Shown piece after piece: positions 1-14,464 of a DNA stretch of 64,000 bases (the first letter of the stretch is position 1; each line of letters begins with the position of its first letter). The position numbers and the translations under genes are program-made. Below the pieces are notes generated by a model. It was not told where the DNA came from. It searched no databases and worked only from the letters and a program-made list of their open reading frames with translations. Source of the DNA: Eledone cirrhosa (taxonomy: Eukaryota); NCBI GenBank assembly GCA_964016885.1, contig OZ024740.1, positions 423,522,001 through 423,586,000 of the forward strand, written 5' to 3'.

Positions 1-39
1 ATTGTCACAGGAATGCTACCACTTAAAATAAAATTTGCT

Positions 40-141
40 GGAGGTAGATTAGCAAAAATTAATAAGTGTGTGTGTGTGGGGGGGGGGGGGGTCTGAACAA
101 ATTAATAAGCTGGGGGAACGATTATTGGAGACCCAAGAGTA
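40..141. mobile_element. DNA-transposon/MITE terminal remnant (ends ...GATTATTGGAGACCCAAGAGTA)
   Basis: A near-identical terminus recurs at ~8925-9004 (GATTATTGGAGACACGAGAGTA); both end in TA; no partner TIR seen. Confidence 0.4.
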
Positions 142-269
142 GACACATTAGCAGGACATACACTATCTGAAATACACTCTCTGAAATACACTTCGCATAA
201 ACATACACACACACACACACACAACAGGATACGGCGAAAACTAAAAGAGAACAGTGCAATTAAGAGAAC

Positions 270-501
270 AACCAAGAAGTCTCTACATGGTCGGTTGACC
301 TGCTAGAAATAACAGCTAAATTCCCTCAAATCATACCCTTCCATTTAAAACAAACAAAAACACATCAACAACAGCATAAAACGCCACATTAAACAATATA
401 ACTGTGTTTTATATAGAAACAGATGGAGTGATCACGGCTGGAGGGCTTTCGATTAGATGTCTGCTCAACCAGTGGTAAACTGGGGATCAAACAACAACAA
501 C
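270..501 (+). mobile_element. SINE 3' part with (CAA)n tail
   Basis: Homologous to 62095-62275 (AAGTCTCTACATGGTCG...CTAGA...CAGC.AAAT..CCCTCAAATCA); ends in AACAACAACAAC. Confidence 0.55.
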
Positions 502-577
502 GAAATGATCAATGAAGAATCGATGAAGCCCGTTAGTAAGTGTTTGAGCTGCTAGAAATAACAGCCAAGTGTTCTCA

Positions 578-912
578 AATGGGTAAATGGTAAAGACCTC
601 CTTCGATCACGAACGACCAAGGAATTTACACCTAGAAAGTTCCTCTCCAAGGCACAAGTCCCGGCAAGGTGTGTTTGTAGAAGACCCGCAGTCTCCCATG
701 TATATCAGTTTCCCCTCTCCATGCCACCAATGTTGTCTGGGGGAAGGCAATGGCCGATAGAGCTTAACACCAGTGACATCGCAACTCATTTCTACAGCTG
801 AGTAAACTGGAGCAACGTGAAATAAAGTGTCTTGCTCAAGAACATAACGCAAATCAAACTCGCAACCTCACGATTGTAAGCCGGACGCTCCAGCCACTGA
901 GCTATGTACCGT
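578..912 (-). mobile_element. tRNA-derived SINE
   Basis: Minus strand has an A-box-like TAGCTCAGTGG, a degenerate B-box, then the TTGAGCAAGACACTTTATTTCAC core shared with the SINEs at 56.1, 57.8 and 61.1 kb. Confidence 0.75.
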
Positions 913-1200
913 CAAATGACACTATATAACTCATGAAGTCAAGAAGATAAATGGGAAATGTTAAAATCGATGAAAAGTCTCAAACTGGTGGTGACAAAAT
1001 AAATAAAATTAAATTAAAACAATAAAATATAATTCAAAAACGTTCGTTTTATTCTTTGTCTGCATCAAGATTGTTAAGTTTGGTATAATTTTAAAACTCT
1101 GTCTGGAATATTAAATTACTGTGAAATGCTATTGGCTTTTTAAAATGTTTTAAACGAATATTTAAAAAAATAACGAATCGACTATTATTACTATTCGAGA

Positions 1201-1390
1201 TTAGCAGTATCGGTAGAGAGTCGGACGCCATACTTTCCAGCATAGTTACGTCCCTTTGCGGTCTGAGTTCAACTTTACCTTTCCCGTCGAGGTTAACTTT
1301 ACCTTTCATCCTTATGGGGTCGATAAAATAAAGTACCAGTAATGTACTGGGTATTTGATGGCCTTGTGCCAGAAGTAGAAACAATTATTA
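1201..1390 (+). mobile_element. SINE (family with TTTCATCC...GGGGTCGATAAAATAAAGTACCAG core and ATT tail)
   Basis: Homologous copies at 12640-12805, 13300-13472, 25990-26400 and 51770-51835. Confidence 0.8.
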
Positions 1391-1664
1391 TTCGATATAA
1401 AACTCATGAATACATTTACGTATCCGCTGTGTTAGAGCGAAAAAACAAATTCTAATTTTGTTTTTAATTTTCGGCAAAGCCAGACGTAAGATCCTAGGTA
1501 TGCAAATTAGGTTAATCATTTTCAAGAATTCTGGTGAGTGAGAGTGAGAGTGAGAGAGCGAGAGAGAGAGAGCGAGAGAGAGATACACCATCTCGACAAG
1601 GGGCAATAAGGCAGAAACAACATTGTCGGCTGCTTCTCTCTGTCACCGCCAGAACAAAAGGATG

Positions 1665-4600
1665 ATGATGGTCGTCTAAAACACATGGTGTAATGAGGCT
1701 GTCTACAACACATGGTGTAATGAGGCTGTCTACAACACATGGTGTAATGAGGCTGTCTACAACACATGGTGTAATGAGGCTGTCTACAACACATGGTGTA
1801 ATGAGGTCATCTACAACACATGGTGTAACGAGGCTGTCTACAACACATGGTGTAATGAGGTCATCTACAACACATGGTGTAATGAGGTCATCTACAACAC
1901 ATGGTGTAATGAGGTCATCTACAACACATGGTGTAATGAGGCTGTCTACAACACATGGTGTAATGAGGCTGTCTACAACGCATGGTGTAATGAGGTCATC
2001 TACAACACATGGTGTAATGAGGTCATCTACAACACATGGTGTAATGAGGCTGTCTACAACGCATGGTGTAATGAGGTCATCTACAACACATGGTGTAATG
2101 AGGTCATCTACAACGCATGATGTAATGAGGTCATCTACAACACATGGTGTAATGAGGTCATCTACAACACATGGTGTAATGAGGTCATCTACAACACATG
2201 GTGTAATGAGGCTGTCTACAACGCATGGTGTAATGAGGTCATCTACAACACATGGTGTAATGAGGTCATCTACAACACATGGTGTAACGAGGCTGTCTAC
2301 AACACATGTTGTAATGAGGTCATCTACAACACATGGTGTAATGAGGTCATCTACAACACATGGTGTAATGAGGTCATCTACAACACATGGTGTAACGAGG
2401 TCATCTACAACACATGGTGTAACGAGGCTGTCTACAACACATGGTGTAACGAGGCTGTCTACAACACATGGTGTAATGAGGTCATCTACAACACATGGTG
2501 TAATGAGGTCATCTACAACACATGGTGTAATGAGGTCATCTACAACACATGGTGTAACGAGGTCATCTACAACACATGGTGTAACGAGGCTGTCTACAAC
2601 ACATGGTGTAATGAGGTCATCTACAACACATGGTGTAACGAGGCTGTCTACAACGCATGGTGTAATGAGGTCATCTACAACACATGGTGTAATGAGGCTG
2701 TCTACAACACATGGTGTAACGAGGCTGTCTACAACACATGGTGTAACGAGGCTGTCTACAACACATGGTGTAATGAGGTCATCTACAACACATGGTGTAA
2801 TGAGGTCATCTACAACACATGGTGTAACGAGGCTGTCTACAACGCATGGTGTAATGAGGTCATCTACAACACATGGTGTAACGAGGCTGTCTACAACACA
2901 TGGTGTAACGAGGCTGTCTACAACACATGGTGTAATGAGGTCATCTACAACACATGGTGTAATGAGGTCATCTACAACACATGGTGTAACGAGGCTGTCT
3001 ACAACGCATGGTGTAACGAGGCTGTCTACAGCACATGGTGTAATGAGGTCATCTACAACACATGGTGTAATGAGGTCATCTACAACACATGGTGTAACGA
3101 GGTCATCTACAACACATGGTGTAACGAGGCTGTCTACAACGCATGGTGTAACGAGGCTGTCTACAGCACATGGTGTAATGAGGCTGTCTACAACACATGG
3201 TGTAACGAGGCTGTCTACAACACATGGTGTAACGACGCTGTCTACAACACATGGTGTAATGAGGTCGTCTACAACACATGGTGTAATGAGGTCATCTACA
3301 ACACATGGTGTAACGAGGCTGTCTACAACGCATGGTGTAACGAGGTTGTCTACAGCACATGGTGTAATGAGGTCATCTACAACACATGGTGTAATGAGGT
3401 CATCTACAACACATGGTGTAACGAGGCTGTCTACAACGCATGGTGTAACGAGGCTGTCTACAGCACATGGTGTAATGAGGTCATCTACAACACATGGTGT
3501 AATGAGGTCATCTACAACACATGGTGTAACGAGGCTGTCTACAACGCATGGTGTAACGAGGCTGTCTACAACGCATGGTGTAACGAGGCTGTCTACAGCA
3601 CATGGTGTAATGAGGTCATCTACAACACATGGTGTAACGAGGCTGTCTACAACACATGGTGTAATGAGGTCATCTACAACACATGGTGTAACGAGGCTGT
3701 CTACAACACATGGTGTAACGAGGCTGTCAACAACACATGGTGTAACCAGGCTGTCTACAACACATGGTGTAATGAGGTCATCTACAACACATGGTGTAAT
3801 GAGGCTGTCTACAACACATGGTGTAACGAGGCTGTCTACAACACATGGTGTAATGAGGTCATCTACAACACATGGTGTAATGAGGTCATCTACAACACAT
3901 GGTTAAACGAGGCTGTTTACAACACATGGTGTAACGAGGTCATCTACAACACATGGTGTAACGAGGCTGTCTACAACACATGGTGTAATGAGGTCATCTA
4001 CAACACATGGTGTAATGAGGTCATCTACAACACATGGTGTAACGAGGTCATCTACAACACATGGTGTAACGAGGCTGTCTACAACACATGGTGTAATGAG
4101 GTCATCTACAACACATGGTGTAACGAGGTCATCTACAACACATGGTGTAACGAGGCTGTCTACAACACATGGTGTAACCAGGCTGTCTACAACACATGGT
4201 GTAATGAGGTCATCTACAACACATGGTGTAATGAGGTCATCTACAACACATGGTGTAATGAGGTCATCTACAACACATGGTGTAATGAGGTCATCTACAA
4301 CACATGGTGTAACGAGGCTGTCTACAACACATGGTGTAACCAGGCTGTCTACAACACATGGTGTAATGAGGTCATCTACAATACATGGTGTAATGAGGTC
4401 ATCTACAACACATGGTGTAACGAGGCTGTCTACAACACATGGTGTAATGAGGTCATCTACAACACATGGTGTAATGAGGTCATCTACAACACATGGTGTA
4501 ATGAGGTCTTCTACAACACATGGTGTAATGAGGTCATCTACAACACATGGTGTAATGAGGTCATCTACAACACATGGTGTAACGAGGCTGTCTACAACAC

Positions 4601-6887
4601 ATGGTGTAACCAGGCTGTCTATAACACATGGTGTAATGAGGTCATCTACAACACATGGTGTAATGAGGTCATCTACAACACATGGTGTAACGAGGCTGTC
4701 TACAACACATGGTGTAATGAGGTCATCTACAACACATGGTGTAATGAGGTCATCTACAACACATGGTGTAACGAGGCTGTCTACAACACATGGTGTAATG
4801 AGGTCATCTACAACACATGGTGTAATGAGGTCATCTACAACACATGGTGTAACGAGGCTGTTTACAACACATGGTGTAACGAGGTCATCTACAACACATG
4901 GTGTAACGAGGCTGTCTACAACACATGGTGTAATGAGGTCATCTACAACACATGGTGTAATGAGGTCATCTACAACACATGGTGTAACGAGGTCATCTAC
5001 AACACATGGTGTAACGAGGCTGTCTACAACACATGGTGTAATGAGGTCATCTACAACACATGGTGTAACGAGGTCATCTACAACACATGGTGTAACGAGG
5101 CTGTCTACAACACATGGTGTAACCAGGCTGTCTACAACACATGGTGTAATGAGGTCATCTACAACACATGGTGTAATGAGGTCATCTACAACACATGGTG
5201 TAATGAGGTCATCTACAAAACATGGTGTAATGAGGTCATCTACAACACATGGTGTAATGAGGTCATCTACAACACATGGTGTAACGAGGCTGTCTACAAC
5301 ACATGGTGTAACCAGGCTGTCTACAACACATGGTGTAATGAGGTCATCTACAACACATGGTGTAATGAGGTCATCTACAACACATGGTGTAACGAGGCTG
5401 TCTACAACACATGGTGTAATGAGGTCATCTACAACACATGGTGTAATGAGGTCATCTACAACACATGGTGTAATGAGGTCATCTACAACACATGGTGTAA
5501 TGAGGTCATCTACAACACATGGTGTAATGAGGTCATCTACAACACATGGTGTAACCAGGCTGTCTACAACATATGGTGTAATGAGGTCATCTACAACACA
5601 TGGTGTAATGAGGTCATCTACAACACATGGTGTAACGAGGCTGTCTACAACACATGGTGTAATGAGGTCATCTACAACACATGGTGTAATGAGGTCATCT
5701 ACAACATATGGTGTAACGAGGCTGTTTACAACACATGGTGTAACGAGGTCATCTACAACACATGGTGTAACGAGGCTGTCTACAACACATGGTGTAATGA
5801 GGTCATCTACAACACATGGTGTAATGAGGTCATCTACAACACATGGTGTAACGAGGTCATCTACAACACATGGTGTAACGAGGCTGTCTACAACACATGG
5901 TGTAATGAGGTCATCTACAACACATGGTGTAACGAGGTCATCTACAACACATGGTGTAACGAGGCTGTCTACAACACATGGTGTAACCAGGCTGTCTACA
6001 ACACATGGTGTAATGAGGTCATCTACAACACATGGTGTAATGAGGTCATCTACAACACATGGTGTAATGAGGTCATCTACAACACATGGTGTAACGAGAC
6101 TGTCTACAACACATGGTGTAACGATGTTGTCTACAACACATGGTGTAACGAGGCTGTCTACAACACATGGTGTAATGAGGTCATCTACAACATATTGTAT
6201 AATGAGGTCATCTACAACACATGGTGTAATGAGGTCATCTACAACACATGGTGTAATGAGGTCATCTACAACACATGGTGTAACGAGGCTGTCTACAACA
6301 CATGGTGTAACGAGGCTGTCTACAGCACATGGTGTAATGAGGTCATCTACAACACATGGTGTAACGAGACTGTCTACAACACATGGTGTAACCAGGCTGT
6401 CTACAACACATGGTGTAATGAGGTCATCTACAACACATGGTGTAATGAGGTCATCTACAACACATGGTGTAATGAGGTCATCTACAACACATGGTGTAAC
6501 GAGACTGTCTACAACACATGGTGTAACGATGCTGTCTACAACACATGGTGTAACGAGGCTGTCTACAACACATGGTGTAATGAGGTCATCTACAACATAT
6601 TGTATAATGAGGTCATCTACAACACATGGTGTAATGAGGTCATCTACAACACATGGTGTAATGAGGTCATCTACAACACATGGTGTAACGAGGCTGTCTA
6701 CAACACATGGTGTAACGAGGCTGTCTACAGCACATGGTGTAATGAGGTCATCTACAACACATGGTGTAACGAGACTGTCTACAACACATGGTGTAACGAG
6801 GCTGTCTACAACACATGGTGTAATGAGGTCATCTACAACATATTGTGTAATGAGGTCATCTACAACACATGGTGTAACGAGGCTGTT
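1665..6887. repeat. 27-bp minisatellite, ~190 copies (ACAACACATGGTGTAAYGAGG[TCA/CTG]TCT)
   Basis: Periodicity seen directly; gives the 9-aa repeat ORFs (MRSSTTHGV; VVDDLITPC). Confidence 0.98.
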
Positions 6888-6994
6888 TGCTTGCAAACGA
6901 ATCGAGGATTGACTGTATCGGTAGAGGGTCGGACACCATGCTTTGCAGCATAGAGTTACGGCCATTTCTCTTCACTTTGCTCCAGTATACTAAA

Positions 6995-7213
6995 AAAAAA
7001 TTTATTTTCTTGATCCCCCAGGGCCCGCATTAGGTGAAAACCTGCATTTTTCCTGCTTCATCGAGGAAAATCTTAAAGATTATCCACCCATCAGAGTATT
7101 CGGTTTATTTTCTTTACATATTGTCCAGGCATGCAGTTTTTCCACGATTAGGTCTGTTGGCGACCCGCGTTCCAAAATAACTTATCCCATGCAACGCCGG
7201 GTACCACTGCTAG
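6995..7213 (+). mobile_element. Non-autonomous Helitron, 3' portion
   Basis: Subterminal hairpin CCCATGCAACGCCGGG followed by CTAG (7210-7213); homologous to 7900-8295. Confidence 0.7.
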
Positions 7214-8295
<1,082 letters not shown>

Positions 8296-8559
8296 TTTGA
8301 TATAAACCTCACGAATTAATAATATCGTTTTTATCAAGAACATATTTTATATACTTTTTAAAAACATGTTTTGATGTATCTAAACTATAATAAAGGAAGG
8401 TATGCGGGACTGCGTACGGTTTTTTTTTATCCCGTTAGTAAAATAAGTTGGATTACTTTGAATAAATAATGAATATTACATAATTTATCTACTAAATTTC
8501 GTAAACAAAAATAATTTCGTAAAAATAAATAATTTAAAATTAACTTCTTTTCAAAGTTG

Positions 8560-8640
8560 CACTTCCGGTATATCGTTTCCACCACCACCACTTCAACTAC
8601 CATATATATAGAGAGAGTGTGTGATGTCAACACTTCCGGT
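8560..8640. promoter_or_regulatory. Pair of ETS-type motifs (CACTTCCGGT x2), candidate promoter
   Basis: Identical 10-mers at 8560-8569 and 8631-8640 in AT-rich unique sequence; match the CCGGAAGTG ETS consensus. Confidence 0.3.
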
Positions 8641-10379
8641 GGCGATCACTTAAATAAACATACTAATTTTCTGTCACTAATTTTCTCCTAATGCAGTTTA
8701 TATATAATATCGTCTTTTTTTAATGTATCATGGATTACGTTACTGAATACATAAAACAGTGTAACGCAGTCTTCGTTCAATTTCTGTGTATATTGTCAAT
8801 TACGATTTTATTTGATGCATCATATCTACATGTATATATACTTGCGTATAATATCAATATACATACTACACAGGCTAGCAGAAAACCACCCGAAGAGTGG
8901 TTTTTCTGCTAGTAATAAATAATATTAAGCTAAATTTAATAAGCGGGAGAGGAGTCTAAAAAATAGGTATGGGAGGGGGGGCGATTATTGGAGACACGAG
9001 AGTATATACTTTCCAGTTGAAGTATTTTATGAAGATAATTGTTGATTAAATTTATTTATTAGAAGGCTGATTACAAGATTTTTAAAGAATTTAAATTATT
9101 GCAGTGGTTAAATTGTGAAGTTTATCGATGTAATCACTTTCCCCTCCCCACAAATTGATGGCCTTGTGCCTAAATCAGAAACCATTATTTCCTGGGATTG
9201 TGGAAACTGGACAACAAACAACCTAGAATCCGCATGTAGAAGTCCCATTATTTGATTCCCCTATTGTTACAGACAAAATTCCCGCAACAAAAGCCCTATT
9301 GTTTTTAAAACAGGGATCTTGTGTTCTAGGCTATATATGGATTTTATTCCACTAAGCACCACCTTGGTTAAATTACTTCCTCAGAATCAGAATGACCAAA
9401 TGTCATGTGTGTGGAATTACATAAAGAAACAATGATTTTAGATGTTTTTATTGATTATAGATCTGTTACATGTGTTTCACAGATGTTTGGATCAAGGTCA
9501 CCTATGGATGCCATGGTCCCGACTCCAGCATCGATCTACCCGTCAGACTTGGTGAATCAACAAAAAATGGAGTGTATATATATATATATGTATGTAAAAA
9601 GTAAACAGAAATAACAACACAATCGAGATGTAAATCAAGTTGGTGAAATATGATCATTCTGCGTGAATTTATTTTAAATACAACACACACACACATTCAC
9701 ATACACACGCACATGTGTATACACACACACACACACATCCTTTAAAAGGTGGCGAGGAGTGTATGTAACTGGTATCCGTGAAGTGATGTAGTCACATATT
9801 AACTATATATGACCTTTGTATCTTAAGAACTCGATAGAACGAAAATATTTGATATTCATTAGTGTTTCATATTGTGGAGTCACACCCTGGTTACAGGGAG
9901 CCTGCGGCCCTTCTTTGTATTGAGGACAGAAAGGTTTTCTGTCTTCAACTGCAACACGCAACTCAACCCCATTTGGTAGGGAATATCTGGGATCTAATCC
10001 GGGTTTTCTAGTTTCATGTGAGTCAAGACCTCCAAACTGATCTCAGACCAGTTCTCCCACCGAGTGCTTTTTTACGTCCGGGGTTGTATCGCTCCCCTCC
10101 AAGACAAGGTAGACCAGGCTCTACCAGATGTTCAACTCTGGTCAGAAACCTGAAATCCTGACCTTTACCGTTCTTCTGCTTAAATAAGAAGTAAAAGAAC
10201 GTAATCATTGCTGTGCCAGGGAACCACAGAATGTTTAATGGCGAGGGGGTCGCTTCTGAAAATCACTTCCATGCCACCGAACTGTCTTACAACTAATTCA
10301 ACGTTGACCCACATTTCTTTTAAGGCCCTCTCAACATTGATCTGTGCTGCTTCTGAACGTCTGTTTTTTACTGACACGT

Positions 10380-11265
10380 AGCAATATATTGACTATTGTA
10401 TGCGCCTTGCGCTGGAGAAACGCCAGGACTCTGGCTTTACTGTAACACCGGCTCAGAGCAGGAGTTAAAGCGAAAAAGATATCGGATGCTGAATTTGCCG
10501 ACGACATAGTTTTGGTGACAAACACAGTGAAGGAGGCAGAGGATTTGATGCAGGAGGTGGAGACTGTGTCGATGAGTGTAGGTCTGAGAATGAATGAGAT
10601 TAAGATGAAGTATCTAGTAGAGAATATTAAGAAGCCAAAGAAGATTACTAATGTAGGTGGGAAGCCACTAGAATTGGTTGAGGACTTCCTGCATTTGGGA
10701 GCAAAGATTGGGAATACAGAAGATGATGTGGTCGAAAGGAAGAGCAAAGCCTGGGCGGCGTTCCACAGCTTGAGATCGTTGTGAAAGTCGGACCTTCATA
10801 AAGACCTGAAGATCCGCTTCTTCGTTGCTGTAGTGGAGTCTGTGCTGCTGTACGGGTCTGAGACTTGGACACTGACCAAGAAACTCACTCAGATGGTGGA
10901 TGGGTGCTACACGAGAATGCTGAGGATGGCTCTGAACATTAATCAGTATACACTGAGGATGAAGAACTCAGAGCTGTATGGGAGCCTCCCAAAAGTTAGC
11001 TCAAAATTGACACAGAGGAGACTGAGGTTAGCTGGACATGCTCACCGACATCCAGAGTTGATACTGCACTCAGTGCTCCTGTGGGAGCCCCTGCATGGAC
11101 ACACTGGAAGAGGAAGACCGAGGTTAACATATGTTGATGCCCTAAGGACAGACATTGGTTTCTTGGAGACGCAGGACATGGCAGCGATAATGAGGGACAG
11201 AGACCGCTGGAGAGAACTCATCCATGGATCTCGGGAATTTTACCCGCCCTAGATAGATAGATATA
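10380..11265 (+). mobile_element. 5'-truncated, degenerate RTE-clade LINE (RT C-terminal half)
   Basis: EFADDIVL, VESVLLYGSETWTL, RRLRLAGH, GRGRPRLTY, DRDRWR motifs; in-frame stop near 10784; (TAGA)n tail. Confidence 0.9.
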
Positions 11266-11574
11266 GCAATACATTATTTTTTTTTGCTGTTGCTACCATG
11301 TCACCCTCTCCCTCTCCCCCTTTCTTCCTTTGCCTAATAGTCTTTGCTCCTTTCCTCCTTTTCCTCTCATTCCTAGCATTTATTGTCCTTTCCAATACTG
11401 CTTTCTCTTTCTGTAAGTTTGATCAATTTATAGTTATATCAACAATAAATTTATTACATAGATAAAAAAAATGGCTCTTCTCTTCTTCACTTGAACCAAA
11501 TTGGTCTCCTGTGTCATTCCGTGCGACATGTTAAACAATTCCCATGTTTTGCTGTGAAAGATCTGAAAGTGTAG

Positions 11575-11770
11575 CTGCTGCTGCTGCTGCTGTTGTTGTT
11601 GTTTCTGTTGTTGTTGTTGTAGTGACGGTGGTGGTGGCGGTGGAGGTGGTGGTGTTGGTAGTGGTGGTGGTGTTGGTGGTGGCCGTGGTGGTTGTGGTGG
11701 CGGTGTTGGTGGCCGTGGCGGTAGTACTGTCCTGATTGCTACTCAAAGTGTTGTTGTTGTGGTGTTGGTG
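11575..11770. repeat. Compound trinucleotide repeats (GCT/GTT/GGT)
   Basis: Seen directly. Confidence 0.9.
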
Positions 11771-12153
11771 TTGGGGGGGACGATGTTCTCGTTAGCTGTT
11801 TGTTTCCAAGGCAAGAAAAGAAGCTTAATATTTTGCTGTGGCTTCCCTTGTTTTGTTGTGTTGTCTTATGTCATGTCGGCGATGGCGTGAACTCTAGCTG
11901 TTCCATTCTGTGAGTATCTGGCTGTTCTATTTAGCCACTAAAGGTTTTTTTTTCTCCATATTTTAAAAAAAAAGGAGTTATTTAAAATACAGATTGTGTC
12001 CCGAAGGATAGAATTTTCTGTCTGCAATGTTGGTAGGTCCAGATCTAGACCTTGGGTGGGTGGGGGGAGTTGTGGGCCTCTCATATATCTACGCACACAT
12101 GTAGCAAAATCTGTCCAGACCTTGACCCCTGGGTAACATTAACGGTCAAATTC

Positions 12154-12613
12154 TGTGTTACCGCCTTTTTGACATAAACAAGTGTATGCGTGGGCGATCT
12201 CTGGAGGTCACCCTGGTGGTTCTCGGGGCGGAGGACAGAGGAAGCGACAGATATAAATAACCTGTCTTAGACGAAGCAGCTGAAGAAGCAGTTCGGAACA
12301 GTTCCTGATAGAGTAACGATGTAAAACATTTTCTTTCTACAGACCCCTTGAGGTCTAGAGACTATTACTCTCTCTCCGGGTCCTACAGACCTTTACTCTC
12401 TCTCCGGGTCCTACAGACTCTCACTTTCTCTGGTCCCTGAGCTTTGACTACTACCTTGCTGCTACGACTAACAAACGACATCTTGCCACCCTCTATTTCA
12501 GCATAACGAAATAATAGCAAAAACATGGTCAACCTTTATACTTAAAAGAAACCATCTATTTTGTCCTGTTATTTCACCTCTAACAACACTTGCTAATTTT
12601 GCTTCGCTTCACA
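12154..12613 (+). mobile_element. Possible solo LTR
   Basis: TGTG...CACA termini, central TATAAATA at ~12252, internal ~28-bp tandem duplication; no TSD recognised. Confidence 0.35.
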
Positions 12614-12639
12614 CACACACACACGCACGCGCACATATA

Positions 12640-12805
12640 TATAATTGTTTCTACTTTTGGCACAAGGCCAGCAATTCACCAGTACATTACTGGTACTTTA
12701 TTTTATCGCCCCGTGAGGATGAAAGACAAAGTTAACCTCGGCGGGATTTAAAATCAGATCATAAAGGGCCATAACTCTATGCTGCAAAGCATGGCGTTCG
12801 ACCCT
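12640..12805 (-). mobile_element. SINE (same family as 1201-1390)
   Basis: Reverse-complement homology to 1201-1390. Confidence 0.8.
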
Positions 12806-13148
12806 GTGGTTCAGTAAATTCGTGGTTTACTGAGGAAGGTACCAACATCACCACTCTATGCTAAGGCAGAGTGTATATATTGAAAACAGAGTGAGGTTTC
12901 ACATTAAGGTCATTATTGATTATACATAGTAACGACTGTTTCACAGATGGGTGGCTCAGGATTTACATTGAGGGTAGGACATTGGCCCCCACCTGCCCTC
13001 CGATAAATCCGACTTTGAACGTTGGGCACCTTATAAACAAGAATGTAAGAAACATTAAAACAATGATAGTGTTGTAAACAATAAAAACAAAGAACTTGCT
13101 GAAGGTGAAGAGATAAGACACTTGACATAAACAATAGCAAAATAATAA

Positions 13149-13280
13149 TCTATATTACTAAAACAGAGAATGTCTGTTTGTCTGTCGGTCTGTCTAATCA
13201 CTAAAACTCGAGAACCACCCAACCGAGTTTTTTCAAACTTTACACATGTAATACTTATGGTCCCGTGCGTGTTTTGATAC
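13149..13280 (+). mobile_element. Helitron 5' fragment
   Basis: Starts TCTATATTACTAAAA after an A; shares CTAAAACTCGAGAACCAC...TTCAAACTTTACACATGTAATACTTATG with 7214-7325. Confidence 0.7.
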
Positions 13281-13299
13281 ATACATTATTATATTTGGA

Positions 13300-13472
13300 T
13301 TGGCAGAGGGTCGGACGCCATGCTTTGCAGCAAAGAGTTACGGCCCTTTATGGTCTGAGTTCAAATCCCGCCGAGGTTAAGTTTGCCTTTCATCCTTACG
13401 GGGTCGATAAAATAAATTACCAGTAATACACTAGGTAATTGCTGGCCTTGTGCCAAAAGTAGAAACAATTAT
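13300..13472 (+). mobile_element. SINE (same family as 1201-1390)
   Basis: B-box GAGTTCAAATCC; shared core and tail. Confidence 0.8.
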
Positions 13473-13572
13473 TATATGTGTCTGTATTTTCTTCTGCAAC
13501 CATTATATTATGATATTTGTATCCAAATGATTTTAGATGTATTACCTGCTTACCCGTCCCTCTGTTTCTCGT

Positions 13573-13574
<2 letters not shown>

Positions 13575-13647
<73 letters not shown>
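13575..13647. repeat. (CT)n microsatellite
   Basis: Seen directly. Confidence 0.95.
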
Positions 13648-13649
<2 letters not shown>

Positions 13650-13884
13650 AGATGTGTGTGTGTAGTTTTCCTAATCTGTCTCTTTCACTCTCTGTCTCTC
13701 TAAGAGGGTTGCCTTTTGATGTGTTTCTTACCTGCTTTTGTGTTGACCGAATTTGAAGGAGGTTATCCTTTTGAAATAAACATACATACGACGCTCATCT
13801 CTATGTTGATATATGATATAAATAATGGGATTGAAGAGTTAATATCTGTATACAACAAATACAACGGTACGTGATGGGGCCCAC

Positions 13885-14125
13885 CCACAGCCCCGGCGGA
13901 CAGAATGGAGAAGGCATTTCCCCGGAGGATGGCAAGGGAGACGCGCTGGAAAAACCACTCCAACTCGTGTGGCTAGCCAGCTCAGCGCCTATGGTGGTGA
14001 GTAAGGAGGTAGCCCTGGGGCCAAGGACACCAGAAGTCTCCACTGCCAGGGGAACGACCGCAAACCTGTCAGAGAGTATTTGAGGAGTTTGGCCCCCTCA
14101 GCCCGACGTGCAGCAGAACCTGGGT
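13885..14125 (-). mobile_element. CRE-clade non-LTR retrotransposon 3' relic (RLE endonuclease C-terminus)
   Basis: Frameshifted translation PGSAARRAEGAKLLKY / RFAVVPLAVETSGVLGPRATSLL / WFFQRVSLAILRGNAFSI matches the K..KY, P.AVET.G, QR.S.AI.RGNA pattern of CRE-type elements. Confidence 0.75.
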
Positions 14126-14464
14126 ATATATTGAAGGTAGATACGGAAAATAAAAGAGTGTTGTTATATAGAGAGTGAAGAGAGACAGAGAGTAAAGCAG
14201 TTAAATTATAGAGAGGGTGAAAGAGGGAGAGAGAGACGACGCTCAGCTTTATAATATTAGAGAGTGAAGAGCGACAGAGCGATTAAAACAGTTAAATTAT
14301 ATAGAGGGGGTATGATCTATTATATAGAGAGGGAAAAAGCGACGGAGAGAATAAAACTAAGAAAAAATAGGGAGGTGTGTAGGATACATGCATACATAAT
14401 ACACACGACAATCAGCTTTATAATATTATAGATATATATATAATTATATATTCGTGTAGAGATA

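Noticed and set aside
1693-6965. 737-1020-aa ORFs (MRSSTTHGV / VVDDLITPC repeats) as mucin-like genes
   Set aside because: The 27-bp unit is a multiple of 3 and stop-free in several frames on both strands; there is no signal peptide or unique domain, and a stop interrupts at ~3904
9483-9551. 69-nt + strand exon (TTTCACAG|ATGTTTGG...GACTTG|GTGAAT)
   Set aside because: All frames are open, no peptide is recognisable, the donor is imperfect and there are no partner exons; it cannot be separated from decayed TE without RNA data
9870-10377. Minus-strand non-LTR ORF1-like fragment (SYLSRRTVKVRISGF)
   Set aside because: Similarity is too weak and broken to call without a database search
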